A program made the position numbers and the translations under genes. Source: a virus. Taken from it: a DNA stretch of 64,000 nucleotides. Positions 1-10,369 of the stretch are shown here, piece after piece. Numbering within the stretch: position 1 is the stretch's first letter; every line of letters starts with the position of its first letter. The stretch covers positions 36,572-100,571 of the IMG/VR virus record IMGVR_UViG_3300023174_005548. One strand, given 5' to 3'. The notes under the pieces were generated by a model that saw nothing but the letters and a program-made list of their open reading frames with translations, searched no databases and was not told the origin of the DNA.

Positions 1-384
1 ATATTTTGTGACAGGACTAGTTATATAATGAGTGAAAGTTGGAATATTTTGTGAAACTTGTAAAATACCAATAGCTATCTCGCTTTGAGTTGCATAATCA
101 TTTTTATCTAATATTGGATCACTTGGATCATTTTTTACTGATATACTTGCGTTAGTTATATTTGTTCCACTATTAGAATATTTTAATGTTAAAATAACAG
201 ATTGATTTGCGGTTATTGGTAATTTTTTTCCAACATTTTGTATTGTTACTTCTTTATCATCATAAAAATTATAAACTAAACTTAAAGTACTTACCATTGC
301 AAAATATTTATTATTTTCTATAATTATTTTTGTTTTAAATGGAAAATCTTGATCTAAACTATCAAAAGTATTTGGCATTTTCAT
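1..384 (-). CDS. Partial hypothetical tail-region protein (runs off the left edge); not in the ORF track
   Basis: Open frame ATG AAA ATG CCA AAT ACT TTT GAT... (MKMPNTFDSLDQDFPFKTKII...) from 384 to 1 with no stop. ATGA overlap with the stop of 381..851, which it resembles. Confidence 0.75.
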   Translation of the reverse strand, partial: MKMPNTFDSLDQDFPFKTKIIIENNKYFAMVSTLSLVYNFYDDKEVTIQNVGKKLPITANQSVILTLKYSNSGTNITNASISVKNDPSDPILDKNDYATQSEIAIGILQVSQNIPTFTHYITSPVTKY

Positions 385-851
385 ATTGAATAACTTACTA
401 AACGGCTCGCGGGAGAACCATTTAATATTCCTAATCTTGATTGCAATAAAGAGTGAACACATTGACATACTTTTCCATTCTGTCCAATTATCGCAAGAAT
501 TGCACGAGAATATGTTTGAGCAAAACCTTCTGCTCCATCACTTCCATCTATCAATGGTAAAATAGATTTTGATTCTTTTATTGTTGCTGAACCTATTCTA
601 AAAGTTGAACTTATTGAACATTCTAAATATATATAACATTTATCTGTTGAATTCTGCAAAGGACTAGTAATTTTTGTATTTTTATTTTTATTTTTAATAT
701 CAATTATAAATTTATCAGCTAAACTATCATAAATGAAAGAATATCTTGTTACATTATAATAAAATGAATCATTCTGTTCGTACACTTTCACATTAAAAGG
801 ATAAATATTTGGTATAGGATCAAAACTGTTTGCTAAAAAATATGTTGACAT
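381..851 (-). CDS. Hypothetical virion/tail-tip associated protein
   Basis: 156-aa ORF tightly coupled downstream of the tail-tip genes; beta-rich composition. Confidence 0.6.
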   Translation of the reverse strand: MSTYFLANSFDPIPNIYPFNVKVYEQNDSFYYNVTRYSFIYDSLADKFIIDIKNKNKNTKITSPLQNSTDKCYIYLECSISSTFRIGSATIKESKSILPLIDGSDGAEGFAQTYSRAILAIIGQNGKVCQCVHSLLQSRLGILNGSPASRLVSYSI

Positions 852-855
852 ATGA

Positions 856-1458
856 TTAAAAATTACCAGCTTTTACAAATGGTTTATAAAAAAAATTAAT
901 GTACCCATTTGGTTCTCCTGCATTTAAAAAAACTCCATCTGGACGAGAATTAATTATAACTGGTGCTTTTTGATATGGGAATATTGCTATTAATCTTCTA
1001 CCCATTTTTATTTTATAATATTTATCTCCACTTTTATCTGTTGCAATTTCATAACTACCAGAGAAATCTTTATCTGGAAGAGTTTGATTAACAATTAAAT
1101 TCGCTGAAGCTACAGAGTATTGTGTTTTTATTCCATCTTCAGTTCCAAATTTAGAAAAATTAATTTCTATATATAAATAAAGATCTTCTGTATTTTGATA
1201 TACAAAATCTATCCATTGTCCGGGTTTTTTTGGTGTGAAATTATTAAATGATTCTGGGTAAACTCCATATACAGCAAAATCTTCATTCAGTTTATATTGA
1301 TATTGTTTAGATGTTCCATTTGGTTTTTGTTGGACTGTAACTATATTGAGATTATAGTTAGGTTCATGAAAATTTTCTTCTTTGGGAATAATTATATTTG
1401 AATCTGAAGAATAAATGACTGGATAAAAATCAAATTGATCATCTATTTTATAAGACAT
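856..1458 (-). CDS. Hypothetical virion/tail-tip associated protein
   Basis: 200-aa ORF 1 nt downstream of the 2112-aa gene; weak similarity to the two downstream ORFs. Confidence 0.6.
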   Translation of the reverse strand: MSYKIDDQFDFYPVIYSSDSNIIIPKEENFHEPNYNLNIVTVQQKPNGTSKQYQYKLNEDFAVYGVYPESFNNFTPKKPGQWIDFVYQNTEDLYLYIEINFSKFGTEDGIKTQYSVASANLIVNQTLPDKDFSGSYEIATDKSGDKYYKIKMGRRLIAIFPYQKAPVIINSRPDGVFLNAGEPNGYINFFYKPFVKAGNF

Positions 1459-1459
1459 T

Positions 1460-4400
1460 TTATACTCCTGTAATTAAAGTTGAGTATACTGTATTATTAA
1501 TACCAGAAAGAGTTAGTTTTCCAATTAATGGACTGTAATCTGTATAATTAGTATAATCAAATCTGAAATTAAATAAACTTCCTGTATCAAATATTCCAGA
1601 TCCAGTATATGATAAAGTATTTTCATTATAAACTAATCCAGTATAAATTGTATCACCGATTCCAGTATCAAAAATTCCAGTTAAAATATTAAATGAACCA
1701 GAAAAACTTTTTGTATATTGAGGTACTCCAGTTAAGTATCCAGTTGTTATAATATTTCCAGTTGTATAAGTGAATATACCTGTAGCGTATACTAATGGAT
1801 TATTAATATCATATAAACCAAATGATCCACTCACAAGTTGATAATTTCCACTAGTTATAAATTGAATTTGTGGGGTTATTACATCTCCACTATAATTTAT
1901 CTGTAAAACATCACCAGTTGATAAACCAGTATAATTTCCAGTAATAATTCTTGATCCTGTAACATTTATTCCAGTTAAATTATAAACTCCTTGAGATGCA
2001 AAATATGTTCCACTTACTACTGCTCCAGTATAAGTAGATACTGCGTAAGTTCGTGATACTTGTATAGTGCCCGTTAATGGAATATTTGTTAAAAGTGGAT
2101 CTCCACTTATGTTTGATATACTATAACCAGAACCAAATAAAGCTCCAGTAGTAATGATGCCATTCTCATAAACAAAGTCGTTAGAACTTGTATTTCCAGA
2201 CATATATCCAGTAAATTTTCCAGTAGCTATCCATAAACCAGTATCTCTAATTAAAGTTTGAATTCCACTTACAATTCCTGACCCAGTTTCAAAATAATTC
2301 CTTACTCCAGTAAAAGTTGTAAAATAAGACGTTGTTAGTACTTCATTGATAGATCTATTAAGAGTAGAGTTTACAGTTGTTCCTTGATTTGTAACATAAC
2401 TAAATGAATAATTAGAAGAGTAATTAACTCCAGAGTAATTTAAATAATAATTATAAATTCCACTACTATTACTTAATGTTAAATTACCTGTGCCAGTTAA
2501 GATTGTAGGAATATAAGCAATTCCACTTACAAAAGCTCCAGATCCAGAGATATTTAAATATGGATTTAATCTTGCAAAATTTCCACCGACTAAAAATTTA
2601 TTATTTAAATTAGCTATAGAATTTATATTTATATAACTTGCGCCAGTTTGAGAATTAATATTTCCCACAAAAGATATAGAAGTAGTTGTTTGATTAGGAT
2701 TACCGGTACTAAACCCAATAAAATTACTAAAGTATTGATGAGAATTATTACCAGTTAAATAAGCGAATTTACCTCCAACATATATATTTGATCCAGTATT
2801 ATATACTGATTGAGTATCACCAGAAAAATTTAAACCTAAATTAGTAATTGAATTATCTTGCGTATTTATAACTGCGAAATTTTTATAACTACTACTACTA
2901 GTATTTATATTTGAAAAACTACCTACTACAGCAATTCCTGTATTATTATAAATTGATGCTTGTTTAATATATTGATTTAAATTTATACTTATTCTTGGAT
3001 TAAAATCAAGATTTAATCTTCCACTACTATTTATTTCACAAATTCCGGGTCTTAAATGTCCGGCGTAAGAGAAGTTGTCTAATATAAAAATTGCATTTGT
3101 TAATTTACTCTGATATATGTTAGAAGGATATTTATTTTCTACAGATGGAGTCCAGTTATTTCTTGATAAAATATTGTTTCCACTATCATAATCTAAACTA
3201 ACAACTCCACCTAAAACATTATAAACATTAGTATTTGATCCTAAATCGCCAGCAATATAGATTCTATTATTTTTACCTATATTTATGTCATTGACATATT
3301 TATATATATCATTATCTGTAAATAAACCAGTTGGATAATTAGCTATTGTTCCATCATCTTTTGCAGCAATAAAGTTAGTTATTAATGATGGTGAGTTAGG
3401 ATTATAAGTAAATTCTCCTCCAATTAAAAGTAGATCGCCAGTTTTTACTATTTTATATACTGCAGCTGGTACAGATTGTATATTTATTAAACTATTAAAA
3501 ATGGCAGCATTGCTAGAATTAATTTTTGCAAAAGCTTTTATGAAACTATTTGCAATACTATCAAAATCACCGCCAACATATAAGTATTGATTATCTGGAT
3601 ATAGAGTATATACATTTGTATTTCTAGGAAGATAAGATAAGAAATTAGTATCTACATCAGAAGTTGATGATCCATCTGTATCAATTCTAACTTTACAAAG
3701 CGATGCAATAGATAAATTATTTATTGTATAATAATTTCCACCAATATAAATATAATTTCCAGAAACAACTAAAGTTTTTGCTTCAGCATTTCCACCTTGT
3801 ATATTTGGCGACCAATTCAAAATGTTTCCACTATAATCTATTAAACATAATCCGGTTTTTACAGAATCGTTTACATAATTAAAGTTTCCACCTAAATATA
3901 TTCCAGATGAACCCGTGGCAAAACATTCAATCGTAGTATCTATTTCAATTAGATTTTTATTAAAATCAGTATTTGGAATATTAAATCCTGATGTAGAATT
4001 ATTCAAATTAATAATACCAAATTTTCTAATTGAATTAAATGGAGTAATTTTTGCTTGTTGTAATGCGCTTCCTAATAAATAGATATTTCCATCATTTTGT
4101 TTTAAATTAGTAATATTAGCATTATCATTTACAAAATTCAAAGAATGATAAATTTTATTACCACTTATACTATGATATAAAAATTTATTTGCATTTTTAT
4201 TGCCGCTAAAAGTTGAAAAATTACCAACGGTAATTAAATCATTATTGTAAAAAGATATATTATTTACTACTTGATTTAAGTTTAATCCAGTATAACTATC
4301 TAATTTTAGTACTCCATTTCCTGTAGTTAAATTTGCTATTTTAGCAGAACCTGTGCCATTTACATTTCCGAAAGCTCCACCAATTATGACAGAATTTCCT

Positions 4401-7400
4401 GTTACAAATACAGAATAAACATTAGCATTAATTGCTGGAGTAAATCCAGTTATTAAACCTCCAGTAATATTTAATTGAATAATTCTATTATCATAATCAG
4501 ATATGCCGATTGTTGAAGTGTTTTGGTTATTTATATCAATACTAGATGACAAATCTCCATATAAAAATAAACCAGTAGTATTATTTGTTATAAATTTTGT
4601 GAATCCTTCAAAATTATTGTCAGTGCTTTGAGAAGTTGTTCTATTAGATATAGGCCTAATACTTTGAAAAACTGAAGGTCTTTTAGTATCTAAAAAGGTT
4701 AATCCATTAACATCATTTGATATTCCATCTGTATAGAATCTATTAATTGTATTATTGGTTGAGTCATATCCTCTTCCAGAATAAAATGTAGCATATGTTC
4801 CTACTACTAATATATGATCACCAGTATAATGATTAATTTTATTAATACATGAAAAAGAACTTTCTGGATCAAAATCTCCTGTAATTGGTAGTAGTTGTTG
4901 AGTATTCAAATCAATTGCTGCAAATTTATATCGAGTTCCACTATTTAAAGATCCTGCACTAGTATAAACTCTATCAAAGTTTCCACCAAAATAACCTGTA
5001 CTTCCAGTTATAAATATTGTCCTTAATGTAGTTGGATTATTAAATCCATCAAAATTATAATACTCATTTAAAAGATTTCCGCTAATATCAAATACTGCGC
5101 AACCACTTCGAGCAATCCAAGTTGATGTATTATTTTGATTTCCTGTTTTGGGTATTACATATTGAAAATTACCAACAACATAATTTTTACCACCAGAGAA
5201 ATCAATATCATAAGTTGTTGCAGTAGCATTATTTCCATAAACTAAAGATGGAGATGCAAAGCTTCTGTCAATTGTAAATGGATTATTTAATTTAATTAAG
5301 GCATAAGAGTTGTAATTGTCATTGGCATTATCATACTTAACTGAACCAAAACTACTAATATTTCCACCAACAAATAAAGAAGTACCACTCTCAAACATAA
5401 AATTAAGAGCTGAAGAGTTTACCTCTGGACTATAAGGTAATAAATTTTCTTTTTCATCAAATGCAGCAATATTTACTCTTCTTTTTAATCCCACTTCTTG
5501 GAAATTTCCCACTAAATAATTTCTACCAGTAATAGATAAAGAATCGTAAACAGTTCCACTTAATAAATTAATTTGATTATAACCTGTTACTCCAATATAG
5601 TCTTTGAGATGTGCATCATATGGATCAGATATAACTGTATCATTTGAGCCATTAAAAATAAACATATTATTATAATATCCATCAATTGTGTCAGCGGTTG
5701 AACTTCTTGGATTTGCCCAAAGAGATTGAGTTGTAAAATTAGATTTTGATAAATTATTAAAATTACCAAATGCATATATTTTTCCATCAATATTTAAAAA
5801 TTTTGTTATAGAAATATCAGTACCTTGCAAACCAAAATTTAAATTTAAATTTGTATTGTCAATTTTTATTTTACCTAAAGTATTAAAATTTCCATTCAAA
5901 TCTATTTCATTAAAATATCCACCAATATAAACACTATCTCCAGTTAAGAATACGTCATTTAAATAAGCATTTCTAGGAACACCATTGTATGAAACTTTTG
6001 GATCCCAACCAGTTAATATAAAATTGTTTCCTGTTAAAAGAAATCCATTCCATCTTCCAGTTACATCATTAATAGCGTCAAAACTACCAAGCACAAACGT
6101 TAAATTAATATCTGGATAAGTTTTAATTCTATTAATTTGACCAGTTTGAATATCAAAAATAATTGGATTATTTACAAAATTATTTGGATTGCCGCTATCA
6201 AATATAACTAATCCTCTTCTTTGTATTGTTGACTCTTTAAAACCAGTTATAAAACCAATATTTGAACCAGAAACATATATTAAATCTGCATTTGTTAAAT
6301 TTTCAATGTATCCATAAAGATTATCTCTATTATAAACTGCGCCGCTAAATCCTAATTGAATTGGCAAACCACTATTAACTATTTGAAAATCTCCAGTAAC
6401 AGTTCTAGGTATTCTTGAATAAGAGCCCGGAGAGAAAGTGACGATACCAGTTCTTTGGCGATTAAATAAATCTCCACTTAAATATCCAGTAGACAAACCA
6501 CTCATTCTATTGGCTAAATATAAATAATTTGATCCAGTTACAACTCCAGAAAATATAAATCCTGTACCAGAAACTGTTCCAGTTAACCATGTTGTATTAT
6601 ATCCGCTCATAGCACCAGTTCCGGGAGTATTTGGATCTAAATTTGTAACATCTATACCGCCAGTAAAATATTGAACATAATAAGGTAAATTAAATGTTCC
6701 TATCGCTAAACCAGTAAAGAAACCTGATGAGTAATATTGTATATTATTATAATTAAAAATTCCAGTAGCTGCAACATTTGCGATTCCAGTAGCCGGAAAT
6801 AAACCTGTATAAGTTATATTTTGGTAATTTTGACCACTTATCGCAGTTAATCCGCTAAAATTAAAGTCTTTAAATCCTAAATCTGTACTTAAAATAGTAT
6901 CAGTTCCACTTAAATTATAACCATATCCAGTACCAATTATAGCATCTTTAAACTCTCCAGTTGTTCCACTATAATATTCAAATTTGATATTTAATGGAAG
7001 ATTACCATAACCAGTCAAAAGCGTTGTACCAGAATAAATTCCTTTAGAATAATTTAAATTTGCATATCCATTTTGCAAACTATTTCTAACTCCAGAAAGT
7101 AATACACCATCTGGATTAGTAGATAAAATAATATTATCTTCTAAAAGGAATAAACCTGTTAGTACTAAATTATTTTGTATTATGCCAAAATTTGTATATA
7201 AATTTAATGTTAAGAAATATCCTCCAACATCATTTACAGTATTAAGTTTTATATTTCCACTTTTTAAACCACTTATAGTTGTATCAATTGAATTTAAACT
7301 AAAATTACCAGTTGGACTTAAGCTCCCAGAAAATATTTTAAATCCTAAATTAGAACTGTTGTTTACTATTTGACCCGTGAATGTTTTACCTATTTGAAAT

Positions 7401-7798
7401 GTAGATGGAAATAATAATGTAAAATTAACTGAATCGGCGCTATTAATTTTTAAACTAGTATCTAAAATAGCATTTGATGCATTATAAAAAAAGTTTTGAA
7501 CTTTAAAATTATTCTTTATTCCATTAAAACAAACTGGAGTTTTATTTATATAATAAGAATAGTTAGTATTTTCAATATCTCCAGATATATTAAAGTTTGT
7601 ATTTGTTTGATAAGAGTTTACGTATCTATTTTCAAAATCATAAATTTTTCCACTTTGAAAACTAAATTGTATTACATTTCCTTCGCCAGAAAAACCAAAA
7701 GCGCCAGAGCCAATTACATTATTAATAGAACAATTAAGATCAAAACTTAATCCAGTTTGCTCAAAAATTGATCTATAATTATAACCTGAAACTAACAT
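1460..7798 (-). CDS. Giant tail-tip/receptor-binding protein with beta-propeller-like repeats
   Basis: 2112 aa. Recurrent (I/V)Y(I/V)GGxF blade motifs (VYIGGYF, LFVGGNI, IYLGGNF, IYIGGNY, LYVGGDF, IYVGGKF). N/S/T/G-rich; lies after the TMP and hub genes. Confidence 0.7.
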   Translation of the reverse strand: MLVSGYNYRSIFEQTGLSFDLNCSINNVIGSGAFGFSGEGNVIQFSFQSGKIYDFENRYVNSYQTNTNFNISGDIENTNYSYYINKTPVCFNGIKNNFKVQNFFYNASNAILDTSLKINSADSVNFTLLFPSTFQIGKTFTGQIVNNSSNLGFKIFSGSLSPTGNFSLNSIDTTISGLKSGNIKLNTVNDVGGYFLTLNLYTNFGIIQNNLVLTGLFLLEDNIILSTNPDGVLLSGVRNSLQNGYANLNYSKGIYSGTTLLTGYGNLPLNIKFEYYSGTTGEFKDAIIGTGYGYNLSGTDTILSTDLGFKDFNFSGLTAISGQNYQNITYTGLFPATGIANVAATGIFNYNNIQYYSSGFFTGLAIGTFNLPYYVQYFTGGIDVTNLDPNTPGTGAMSGYNTTWLTGTVSGTGFIFSGVVTGSNYLYLANRMSGLSTGYLSGDLFNRQRTGIVTFSPGSYSRIPRTVTGDFQIVNSGLPIQLGFSGAVYNRDNLYGYIENLTNADLIYVSGSNIGFITGFKESTIQRRGLVIFDSGNPNNFVNNPIIFDIQTGQINRIKTYPDINLTFVLGSFDAINDVTGRWNGFLLTGNNFILTGWDPKVSYNGVPRNAYLNDVFLTGDSVYIGGYFNEIDLNGNFNTLGKIKIDNTNLNLNFGLQGTDISITKFLNIDGKIYAFGNFNNLSKSNFTTQSLWANPRSSTADTIDGYYNNMFIFNGSNDTVISDPYDAHLKDYIGVTGYNQINLLSGTVYDSLSITGRNYLVGNFQEVGLKRRVNIAAFDEKENLLPYSPEVNSSALNFMFESGTSLFVGGNISSFGSVKYDNANDNYNSYALIKLNNPFTIDRSFASPSLVYGNNATATTYDIDFSGGKNYVVGNFQYVIPKTGNQNNTSTWIARSGCAVFDISGNLLNEYYNFDGFNNPTTLRTIFITGSTGYFGGNFDRVYTSAGSLNSGTRYKFAAIDLNTQQLLPITGDFDPESSFSCINKINHYTGDHILVVGTYATFYSGRGYDSTNNTINRFYTDGISNDVNGLTFLDTKRPSVFQSIRPISNRTTSQSTDNNFEGFTKFITNNTTGLFLYGDLSSSIDINNQNTSTIGISDYDNRIIQLNITGGLITGFTPAINANVYSVFVTGNSVIIGGAFGNVNGTGSAKIANLTTGNGVLKLDSYTGLNLNQVVNNISFYNNDLITVGNFSTFSGNKNANKFLYHSISGNKIYHSLNFVNDNANITNLKQNDGNIYLLGSALQQAKITPFNSIRKFGIINLNNSTSGFNIPNTDFNKNLIEIDTTIECFATGSSGIYLGGNFNYVNDSVKTGLCLIDYSGNILNWSPNIQGGNAEAKTLVVSGNYIYIGGNYYTINNLSIASLCKVRIDTDGSSTSDVDTNFLSYLPRNTNVYTLYPDNQYLYVGGDFDSIANSFIKAFAKINSSNAAIFNSLINIQSVPAAVYKIVKTGDLLLIGGEFTYNPNSPSLITNFIAAKDDGTIANYPTGLFTDNDIYKYVNDINIGKNNRIYIAGDLGSNTNVYNVLGGVVSLDYDSGNNILSRNNWTPSVENKYPSNIYQSKLTNAIFILDNFSYAGHLRPGICEINSSGRLNLDFNPRISINLNQYIKQASIYNNTGIAVVGSFSNINTSSSSYKNFAVINTQDNSITNLGLNFSGDTQSVYNTGSNIYVGGKFAYLTGNNSHQYFSNFIGFSTGNPNQTTTSISFVGNINSQTGASYININSIANLNNKFLVGGNFARLNPYLNISGSGAFVSGIAYIPTILTGTGNLTLSNSSGIYNYYLNYSGVNYSSNYSFSYVTNQGTTVNSTLNRSINEVLTTSYFTTFTGVRNYFETGSGIVSGIQTLIRDTGLWIATGKFTGYMSGNTSSNDFVYENGIITTGALFGSGYSISNISGDPLLTNIPLTGTIQVSRTYAVSTYTGAVVSGTYFASQGVYNLTGINVTGSRIITGNYTGLSTGDVLQINYSGDVITPQIQFITSGNYQLVSGSFGLYDINNPLVYATGIFTYTTGNIITTGYLTGVPQYTKSFSGSFNILTGIFDTGIGDTIYTGLVYNENTLSYTGSGIFDTGSLFNFRFDYTNYTDYSPLIGKLTLSGINNTVYSTLITGV

Positions 7799-7799
7799 A

Positions 7800-10325
7800 T
7801 TATTTTGGCCTATATGTATTTAACTTGATTGTTGGTTGAATTTTTTGAGAAATAGCTTCTCTTTTTGGAAGAATTTTTGGTCTGTTCGCAAAACTCAATT
7901 GAGTTGTTGCGCCATTTTCATTTAAATTTATACTTAAACTAGTTAAACCTTTTTCTGGAGTAATATATTGCCCTAAAGTACTTAAATTTAATCCAATAAT
8001 TGATAAACTTAAACTTTTTCGTGGTACAGTAATAGAATTAGTTATTTTTTTAGTTAAATCTGCGTGATATTCCGCAGGCGTTACCTTTTTAAATGTATTT
8101 GGTGTTACTCCGTCTGGCACAAACATATTAATAATAGTACTTCCATCAACGGGGCTTAAGTCATTTGATATGTCGGATTCTGCTACTTGTAATGATAAAG
8201 TATTTTCGTCAATTCCATCAATTGAACCAAGAACTATTTTTTGTCCGGGCACAGTAAATTTCAAGCTATTATCTATTGATTCAAATCCTGTATAATCTGC
8301 TTCACTTGGCATAAAAATATCTATACTTTTTCCATCCGTGCTTAATGTAAGTTTTCTACAGGTAGGTGGAGTAGTTAATCCTACATATGGTTCTTGTGCG
8401 TCCGCGCATTTACCACATACATCTTGAACTAAATCAGTTTCACATTTAGTAGTGCATTCTGCACTTTTTTGTGGATCATCTTCGTTTTTTGCTAATTCAA
8501 GCTTATTTGTATCACTTCCTATGGTTGCAATAAGTCCTTGATTCATAATAGATGATGGAGGTAAAAATACAAAAACCACTTTTTTCTCTCCAGATTCTCC
8601 AGCTGCTTTTAAGCTGTCGATTTTAGCTATAATATTTGTTAATTGTTGAGCTAATTGAGTATCATTATTTTTTTGAGCTTCATTTCTTGCTCCAACGAGC
8701 CTAGTATAAGCTAAACCTTCTATTGGTAAAATTTGAGGAATATATTTTTCAAAAGGATCACTTCCATCTCCATTTAACATTTTGGCATTATAATCTTCTA
8801 TTGATGTACCATAAGTGGCAGATCTTTCAAATATATAACTCGCAGGAATACTCCATTCTAATCCACCTACTCCTTCTGGTCCAATTATAGCATCAGCAAA
8901 TGGTAAATCATATTTATTTGCATTTGTATAAACTGTAGAAGCTGGAGTTACTGAAATATTTTTTTGATAAAAAAAAGTTTCTCCACATTCTTGTCTTGAA
9001 CTAGCTGGTTCACTTTGACTTTCATAATATTTTCCTATCATATTTGCTACAGAACTCTCCCAATTTGTGTATTTTTCTTTTTGAGATGGATCATAAACTG
9101 CAATAAAAATTTGTGCTCCATTGTATTTGTTAATCATATTTGTTATAGCTGGATTATTGTATCCATAAGTGAAAGCTTGTGTGAAAATATTATTATTTTT
9201 TTGCTGAGGGGATATTGTTATAACATTTATTAAATTACTATAACCTATATATTTTCCTTTTGTTTGCATGTTTTTTGCACAATAAACTGTTCTAGCGTTA
9301 TCGTTATATTTTCCTAAAACTGCTCTTGTAATTGATTCAATATTTACTTTAATTTTTTCTGGTTTAATACAAGTAAATGTTCTTGTATTTTTTGCAGAAG
9401 TATTTGAATTTTTAACTTTTGATGGTTTTAAATATCTTGATATATGTTTTTGAGTTACGGTTCCTTCAAGAGATTGACTTTCATTAAAAGATTCTATAGC
9501 TAATGTATTTGAGTTAGTTGTATTAATATTTAAACTACTGTTTGCAGATATTATGCTTTTAATTTCAGAAATATAATCTACTTCTAATTTTAAATCTATT
9601 CCTCTTATTGTATTCGTTTGAAAATCCCAATAAAAAGTATATCCAAAATCTGCACACCAATTAGACAAAACTTCTCTTAATGTTCCAACGTAAGTTTGAT
9701 AATATAATGGATTAATATCAGCTAATCCAAGAACATTAATTCCAGCTTGTGATATGGCTTGCAATAATAAAGTAAAATTATAAGCAACATCTGGAATATC
9801 GCATGCGCCTTCCATGAATTGCTCTTGTCCTAAAATTATACTTCCACCACGATTTAAATCGACATTAACTTCTAATCCAGAATATATTGATCTATATATA
9901 TTATTAGTTCTAGTTTCAGAACTTAACCCATCACATTTTACACATGCAGCGCTAAGTTCAAATGGTATGTTTGGGCCATATCCAGCTGAACCATGTCTAT
10001 TTATAAGACCAATAAAAATTTTATCTAATATAAAAGAATTATCAAAAAAATTCAAAGTAGCTACTTTTTGACCAACACTTCTGCTGATTTCATATGAATA
10101 AAGATACATTTTAGAAAGTATTAAATCTCCAATTTTAATATAATAAGAAGTTGTTAAAGAATTCGGAAAAGAGGAAAAATCACCATTTTCTTTTACTATA
10201 TTTAATGTTAATTTTGTGGGACTTTCAGAAAAACCTAGCTCAAGATTTGAACCATATATATAGCTGTCGAATATTTCTCCAGAATTGCCATTAACAATAA
10301 TCTCTTCGATTTTTTTGTAAGCCAT
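7800..10325 (-). CDS. Probable baseplate hub / tail-tip (Tal-like) protein
   Basis: 841 aa downstream of the TMP; segment GTLREVLSNWCADFGYTFYWD resembles hub proteins; several CxxC motifs. Confidence 0.5.
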   Translation of the reverse strand: MAYKKIEEIIVNGNSGEIFDSYIYGSNLELGFSESPTKLTLNIVKENGDFSSFPNSLTTSYYIKIGDLILSKMYLYSYEISRSVGQKVATLNFFDNSFILDKIFIGLINRHGSAGYGPNIPFELSAACVKCDGLSSETRTNNIYRSIYSGLEVNVDLNRGGSIILGQEQFMEGACDIPDVAYNFTLLLQAISQAGINVLGLADINPLYYQTYVGTLREVLSNWCADFGYTFYWDFQTNTIRGIDLKLEVDYISEIKSIISANSSLNINTTNSNTLAIESFNESQSLEGTVTQKHISRYLKPSKVKNSNTSAKNTRTFTCIKPEKIKVNIESITRAVLGKYNDNARTVYCAKNMQTKGKYIGYSNLINVITISPQQKNNNIFTQAFTYGYNNPAITNMINKYNGAQIFIAVYDPSQKEKYTNWESSVANMIGKYYESQSEPASSRQECGETFFYQKNISVTPASTVYTNANKYDLPFADAIIGPEGVGGLEWSIPASYIFERSATYGTSIEDYNAKMLNGDGSDPFEKYIPQILPIEGLAYTRLVGARNEAQKNNDTQLAQQLTNIIAKIDSLKAAGESGEKKVVFVFLPPSSIMNQGLIATIGSDTNKLELAKNEDDPQKSAECTTKCETDLVQDVCGKCADAQEPYVGLTTPPTCRKLTLSTDGKSIDIFMPSEADYTGFESIDNSLKFTVPGQKIVLGSIDGIDENTLSLQVAESDISNDLSPVDGSTIINMFVPDGVTPNTFKKVTPAEYHADLTKKITNSITVPRKSLSLSIIGLNLSTLGQYITPEKGLTSLSINLNENGATTQLSFANRPKILPKREAISQKIQPTIKLNTYRPK

Positions 10326-10369
10326 AAAACCTTATTCCTTGTACCGATTAAAATTACACATATTTACTA

